A stretch of 64,000 nt of DNA from Schizochytrium sp. TIO01 (taxonomy: Eukaryota > Protista > Bigyra: Labyrinthulomycetes): assembly GCA_004764695.1 (NCBI GenBank), contig SMSO01000014.1, forward strand, positions 5,694,029 to 5,758,028, given 5' to 3'. The notes below the pieces were generated by a model. It was not told the origin of the DNA. It was given only the letters and a program-made list of their open reading frames with translations, and ran no database searches. Position numbers and translations under genes: made by a program. Numbering within the stretch: position 1 is the first letter of the stretch; each line of letters starts with the position of its first letter. Shown here one piece after another: positions 58,590 to 64,000 of this stretch.

Positions 58590-59396
58590 GGCAGCTTTGA
58601 CCGACTCCCCCCTCTACAACTGAAGTCTTTTGTTTTATGTAGTAGTAGCATATAGTAAGTAGGTACTTCTTTCTTAAGAAGTCTCTTCAATCAATACTCT
58701 TTACGAAAAACTTGGATAAAAACATGATTGTCGAAAACAAAGACAGAGCACGGGTTTCGAATGAGGCATCAACGCCTTCATCGGTGTTCGGATGGTCTTG
58801 GCAATAGACTTCTTCAACTGCAATATTATTTAGTTGAGCTGACAAGCACATATAGGAGAGGATTCTCACGATTCATGCAATTGCAAGGTATCGCAGTGCA
58901 TGTCGAACGAAAAGTACTAGGAAGTAAACAAGAATTAGACAAAATTGAAAAATGAAATTCAAAATTTTGCAAACTAAAGCACCAATGTCATGGTTTCCTC
59001 AGTAAAATTAACGCATTTCCAATCTCAGTTAAGCCTCATCAATTCTTAACATCTCTCGACACTTTAAAGAACAACTTCGCTTTAGGCCAGGTCCAATTGT
59101 GTCTGAATGTATCTATTCATTTCCACCGTGTAAATAATCCTATCTAAATCTTTTGAAGTATCTTGTCTCTCGCACTGGTCAGCAACGATTCCTATGAATC
59201 CTTTCGACGCTTGGGTTTGAATTCAAATCAAAGAATGTCACTCATTTTACTATCGATAAGTTTAATATACCGATTTAACAATTGAAGCTTACTCGGCAAA
59301 TTAAAATAAAGTTCTTGCTTGTCTCAAGAGGTACATGAACGAATGAGAGTTAAACTTTGCGCTTGCGCAGCTAGAATATCATTATCAAAAAAGGAT

Positions 59397-59609
59397 AAGA
59401 CAAGACAAGACAAGACAAGACAAGACAAGACAAGACAAGACAAGACAAGACAAGACAAGACAAGACAAGACAAGACAAGACAAGACAAGACAAGACAAGA
59501 CAAGACAAGACAAGACAAGACAAGACAAGACAAGACAAGACAAGACAAGACAAGACAAGACAAGACAAGACAAGACAAGACAAGACAAGACAAGACAAGA
59601 CAAGACAAG
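59397..59609. repeat. (CAAGA)n microsatellite, ~42 units
   Basis: Direct reading. Confidence 0.97.
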
Positions 59610-60564
59610 TACTCTCGACAAGTACTCTCATCAAAGGCTCTCACTAACAACCCTTTTACTTGGCGTACAAAGTAGATTTGGTAATTCTAGCCCACCATTA
59701 GCACACCATTAGCGCACCTTCATGCTATCAAATCCTCGCAAAGTGCAAACACTTGGCGCACCACTGCTCACTTTTCAATGCTGCATACGAATGCAAATGA
59801 AAGCCGGGTGTACACGAGACCAACCGCACGGGCTGGGCACGCATCATAGTGAAGTTTAGTTGTGCTGTTCTGAAGAAGGCGCGTTCACTGGTTCCATGGG
59901 CCGATTAAATGCAGATGCTTTTATTAAAAAACGATAAGCCTTTTAAAACGTTTTTTGAAGAAGAGAGAAAAGAAAAGGATCCATATATTACAGACGCTCA
60001 AGGGGTCACGTTGGGAGCTAACTTCGCATGGCCACACCAAAGAACGAGTGATTCCAACTAAGTTGGCAACGAAAGGCATGCTGGCTAAGCTTTAACCGCC
60101 ATCGCACCGCCAAAACAATACGACCCGTGCCAGATCGAGTTGTGCTCTTTTAAAGTCTGACAGCATAAATCTCGTGCACGCGCCGAGAAAGAAAACATAA
60201 TCATCTGCTTTAACGAAATATTGCCTACCTGCTATCTTTTAGGGTAGATAATTGTTTAGAATGGATATATATAAATATTTATTTTTATTTTTTAAATTAA
60301 AAGAAAGTGTTTTTATTATTGTGAATAGATAATCGACTCACTGATGTTTGGCAGAACTCGCACGGGATTTGGGTTTCGAGAATGATAATTGACTGAATGC
60401 GAGCGAAAGAGAGAGTCTCTTTTGTTTGCTGATCTCGTCCTTCTTCCTCTTACATACATCCTCCCTCCCTCTACTAATAAGGCACTGGATTCAATTCGCT
60501 TTGTGTTTCAAGGATCGTTTAGGTCTATAACGACGTCCGCCACAACCAAATAAATCTATCTGTC

Positions 60565-60575
60565 ATCAATCAATT

Positions 60576-60643
<68 letters not shown>
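60565..60643. repeat. (CAAT)n microsatellite
   Basis: Direct reading. Confidence 0.95.
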
Positions 60644-60644
<1 letters not shown>

Positions 60645-61561
60645 CCTCAATTCTGTACTTTCTGTACAACAGAGGATGTGCCTATTAACATGCTTTAACC
60701 TGATTAACGAACAGGTGCTTTGTAATGGAGCGAGCGACGATGTAGTTTTCTGGTCGACGAGAGAGGGATCGCCACCGACGGATGGAGGTGAACGACGCGC
60801 AAGAAAGCTTTCAACTGCGAAGTGCAAATCACTCCTTTGCTTCAATCAATAGGTACTACATACTTACTTGAAAGAAGGGAGCAAAAATAAGATTGAACGC
60901 CCTACAACCCAGATAGCGATAGCCGTAGCACAACTACAATTAAAAAATAAAACAAAACAGGTTTTTGGTACTAAAAAAGAAAGAGAGAGAAGAACAACAA
61001 ATTGCTTTATGAAGAAGGGCGTAGAGAGATCGTTTGTTGCAAAGCTCGATGCTTTTGTTGCACCTAAGTCCTTCTGCAACGCCACATCCTAGTGCCTATC
61101 TGGAAACGCACATGAACAACAGGCGGTCTTTAGTCTATAACCGGCAGAGTAGGTACACAATCACTACTTGGCACAGTTCCAAACATCAATAGCAATCTGT
61201 GGTGATTTCTGGAGTAAAAGATGCCGCACACTTCACTCGCTCTTTCCTGAATAACACATTTATTGTTATTAAAATGAATGTAAAGTGTAAAAAATAAAAC
61301 AAATCAAACATCGTGGAAAGGAAGAGAAAGAAAGAGAAAAGGGGATCCCCTTTTAAAATGAAAAGCATTTTAAAAAGAAAGTCAATTTACTTACAAAAGG
61401 GATGGATTGAAGAAAAAGAGTGATTTGATCGGCAGCAAACCTGAATCGGGCAGACGTGTGTAAAGAGGACCACAGAGCGCACGTGCGGGCAATCTTGAAA
61501 GGACAAGGTTGTGGCCAGCCCCGAAGCTTTGTGCAAGTGAAAGGAATACACGCAAGGGAGG

Positions 61562-62203
61562 ATGTCCGATCGCTTTAAGAAAACCTACTGCCAGTGCGGT
61601 GAACCTGTGCGCGGAGATCCCATGTACTGCCCGCATTGCGGCACGCAACTTCGTGGTCTGGAAGACGGCGAGTCCGAGCTGTCCTCAATCACCAACGCTG
61701 TTCGCGAGAACGAGGATACCGCCAGCAAGGAGAAGCGTGAAAAACGCTACAATCAGCAGCAGTGGGGTCTTTTCGAAACCAATTATCAGCGCGAAAAGGG
61801 CATTACTACCGAAGAATCGCTCCAGGAGATTGAGCGTTTCGAGCGCGACGGCATCGCCCCTACACCTGCCCCTTCTCACAGCGCCACAGTCGGAGGACAT
61901 TTCCGCCAACAGCTCGAAGGCGTGTTGAACAAAGACGATGAGGAAGAGGACGGTGCGGGTAATCATTCCCCGACACAGCGCAAGGAAAGCCTCCTGCGTC
62001 GTGCCTCCCAGCGCCTCTCAAAAACCTTCTCGGGGCGTGGGTCCGTAGGGGGGTCATCAAGCCAAGGTGGAGCCAGCTCAACAGGGGGCCTTGTTCAAGA
62101 TGAGTTTAACCAGCGTATGGCTCACTCTGGCCACCAGGGTGCTGCATTCTTTGAAAAGTACCAGAAACGCGAGGCTCAAAAGTACCGCCCTCAGCATCTT
62201 TAA
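61562..62203 (+). CDS. Hypothetical protein with N-terminal zinc ribbon
   Basis: 213-aa ORF with coding-like composition and CQCG...YCPHCG; the rest is low-complexity. Confidence 0.7.
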   Translation: MSDRFKKTYCQCGEPVRGDPMYCPHCGTQLRGLEDGESELSSITNAVRENEDTASKEKREKRYNQQQWGLFETNYQREKGITTEESLQEIERFERDGIAPTPAPSHSATVGGHFRQQLEGVLNKDDEEEDGAGNHSPTQRKESLLRRASQRLSKTFSGRGSVGGSSSQGGASSTGGLVQDEFNQRMAHSGHQGAAFFEKYQKREAQKYRPQHL

Positions 62204-63397
62204 AATGGTCTCCAGGCCGTTAATGTTTCTTTTGATAAACGAAGGGCGCACTAGCTATATATCCTAGTCTTCCCTTTTCTGGTGATTTTTCTATTTCAAG
62301 TTGGTCTTTGTTAGACTCGTACCACAATTTGCTCGCATCTCTTCTACAGATGCACTCATTCATTGCCTTTGTTTCGGCTGTGTGTTCAATACCTTAATTG
62401 CACATCTCGCATGCCGACTATTGCTTGCATGCTTATTTCCGCTAGCGTCCTTCTCTTTCATTGGTTCCTTGCAAACTAGATGAAACCCTCCCAAGACGCC
62501 TTCTGCTTTTCCCTATCTGTGGTTAAGAGTAGTAGTATTACCTTTTTATGATCATAGTTGATGTTCTTTTCTCCTTTTGCTAAATAACTCTCTTGTCTGT
62601 TGTTGGCCCTGCTACCTGACGCTTCTGAGAAAAACAATGACATTGGATTTTGCATAGGTCGAACTTTGTCCCACCTTTCGTTTCCCCTGTTCTACATCAA
62701 CAAATAAAATTTTACTTGTACCTATCAGTAATTACCGAATTGTCAAAGTTTGCTCTGGGCCCCATCAACTTTGCTGTTAATCACATGGTTCCCTCTTTGC
62801 TCTCCACCTTCGGCCATGTTCTTATTCTTATGTACTTAGTGGTATATATGCTTAACTCAGGGCGTGCATTTTGCTGGTGATCTTCTACCTAAAGCACAAT
62901 AGTGTTCATCTATAGTCGTAAAAAGCCAATAAATTGCTATTAAGCCTGCATTATCTTATAGACTCAAGTTCATGGAGTGGCGCGACAAAGGCGGACCAGG
63001 GCCCTCCTAGAGTTCTACAAACACAACTTAACAGAATGGTGATCTGAGACACCAAAACGTGGGGTGTAGCACATACATATGGCAAACCTTAAGAGTGCAA
63101 CCTCAGCTTAAGACTTGGTTCGAACCATGCCTAGCAAATTGATGTACCGAATGGTTCGTTTGCCTTGCGACGAGCAGTGAGTAACATTTTAAGCAAGTAC
63201 CAAATAGCTATGGCAGTTGAGGTCGACGAATGAAGTTATTGTGAAGGCTACCATCTCTCGAATATTTGAAGAACTTTACTTTGAAGTAACAGACGAAACA
63301 ATAATGACTGCAGTTCTGCAACGTAGCAAAGTGCAGATCCTAGCTTGACTGCACGAATTTCGCCATAAGCTTTCTTTGTAACACATCGATCAGAAAT

Positions 63398-64000
63398 ATG
63401 GGGTTTGGGCTCCCAGAAACTATCTTTGGAAAGGATGTAGATGAGGTCTTTGCATACAAGACGAAGCGCATGGTTGCGATCAAGGATCGTCGTTTAGGTA
63501 TTCTCAACTACAGTTTCATGTTCGCCACTCTAATCTATGTGCTCGTGTATCAGATACTCTTTAACACGGGCTATCTACTAATTACCACTCCGTCGGGAAG
63601 CCATCGATTTTCCTTGCGAGCCCTTACGAATGATGTTGGGTGCGACCCCATCGACGATGTTGGCTGCTACACAGTCTCCCCAGATGTACAGTCAACGGAA
63701 TATTGCTCACAGGCGCCAGACGAAAATCAGGGTCTGTGCGTTGCTGAACAATATCTATCAAGCCAAGATGAGCAATGTATGCGAAAACGAGACTGCTCCC
63801 TAGCAGATGAGCTTGATGTGGGTGTAATCGAAGGCAGCGAATTGCTTTTAACTACTCGCATTTTCGAGGTTGCACAGTATAATGCTTGCCCAAACTCAGC
63901 ATCGCAAGCATCAAACTGTGACAGTCTTTGGGAAAATCTTAACGCAACATCGGATTCCTATATTGCTGGTGTTGAAGACTTCACTCTCATGGTCGATCAT
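63398..64000 (+). CDS. P2X-family ATP-gated ion channel, N-terminal part (runs off the window)
   Basis: Open frame from ATG 63398 to the end: VFAYKTKRMVAIKDRRLGIL (YxTxK/R motif), TM1 ending FNTGYL, a Cys-rich ectodomain, and YIAGVEDFTLMVDH. Absent from the ORF track because there is no stop in the window. Confidence 0.88.
   Translation, partial: MGFGLPETIFGKDVDEVFAYKTKRMVAIKDRRLGILNYSFMFATLIYVLVYQILFNTGYLLITTPSGSHRFSLRALTNDVGCDPIDDVGCYTVSPDVQSTEYCSQAPDENQGLCVAEQYLSSQDEQCMRKRDCSLADELDVGVIEGSELLLTTRIFEVAQYNACPNSASQASNCDSLWENLNATSDSYIAGVEDFTLMVDH

Noticed and set aside
59319-59675. QDKTR/LVLSC repeat ORFs
   Set aside because: Translations of the (CAAGA)n microsatellite.

Overview
Left end of a linear eukaryotic chromosome, probably from the thraustochytrid Aurantiochytrium (inferred from recalled 18S sequence, the TTAGG telomere and subtelomeric rDNA). 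In order: (AACCT)n telomere; two families of long subtelomeric tandem repeats (~370 bp and ~412 bp units), the first carrying three recent TRIM-like LTR retroelement insertions from two families; one 18S-5.8S-28S unit transcribed toward the telomere; a variable zone with a 19-exon LRR gene, a 5S gene, telomere-repeat-bearing solo LTRs, Crinkler/RHS and ABC-F pseudogenes, a bacterial-type GNAT and a second, paralogous LRR gene; then ordinary genes (PP2A B''-gamma, DHX33-like helicase, NDUFA6, lysA, a DDHD-PH-PH-PX lipase, a zinc-ribbon protein and a P2X receptor cut by the window end). Strongest candidate for a new system: the gene at 18982-26408 (-), which the ORF track misses. It has 17 tandem ~385-bp units, each one near-identical intron plus one symmetric 84-nt exon encoding a single 28-aa RI-like LRR. 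The framework is almost invariant, while the predicted ligand-facing residues are hypervariable and appear recombinationally shuffled, as expected for a diversifying recognition receptor. Second highlight: TRIMs apparently primed by half-tRNAs (iMet and, unusually, Lys-CUU) that carry tRNA-like A/B boxes. All calls were made by eye; no searches were run.
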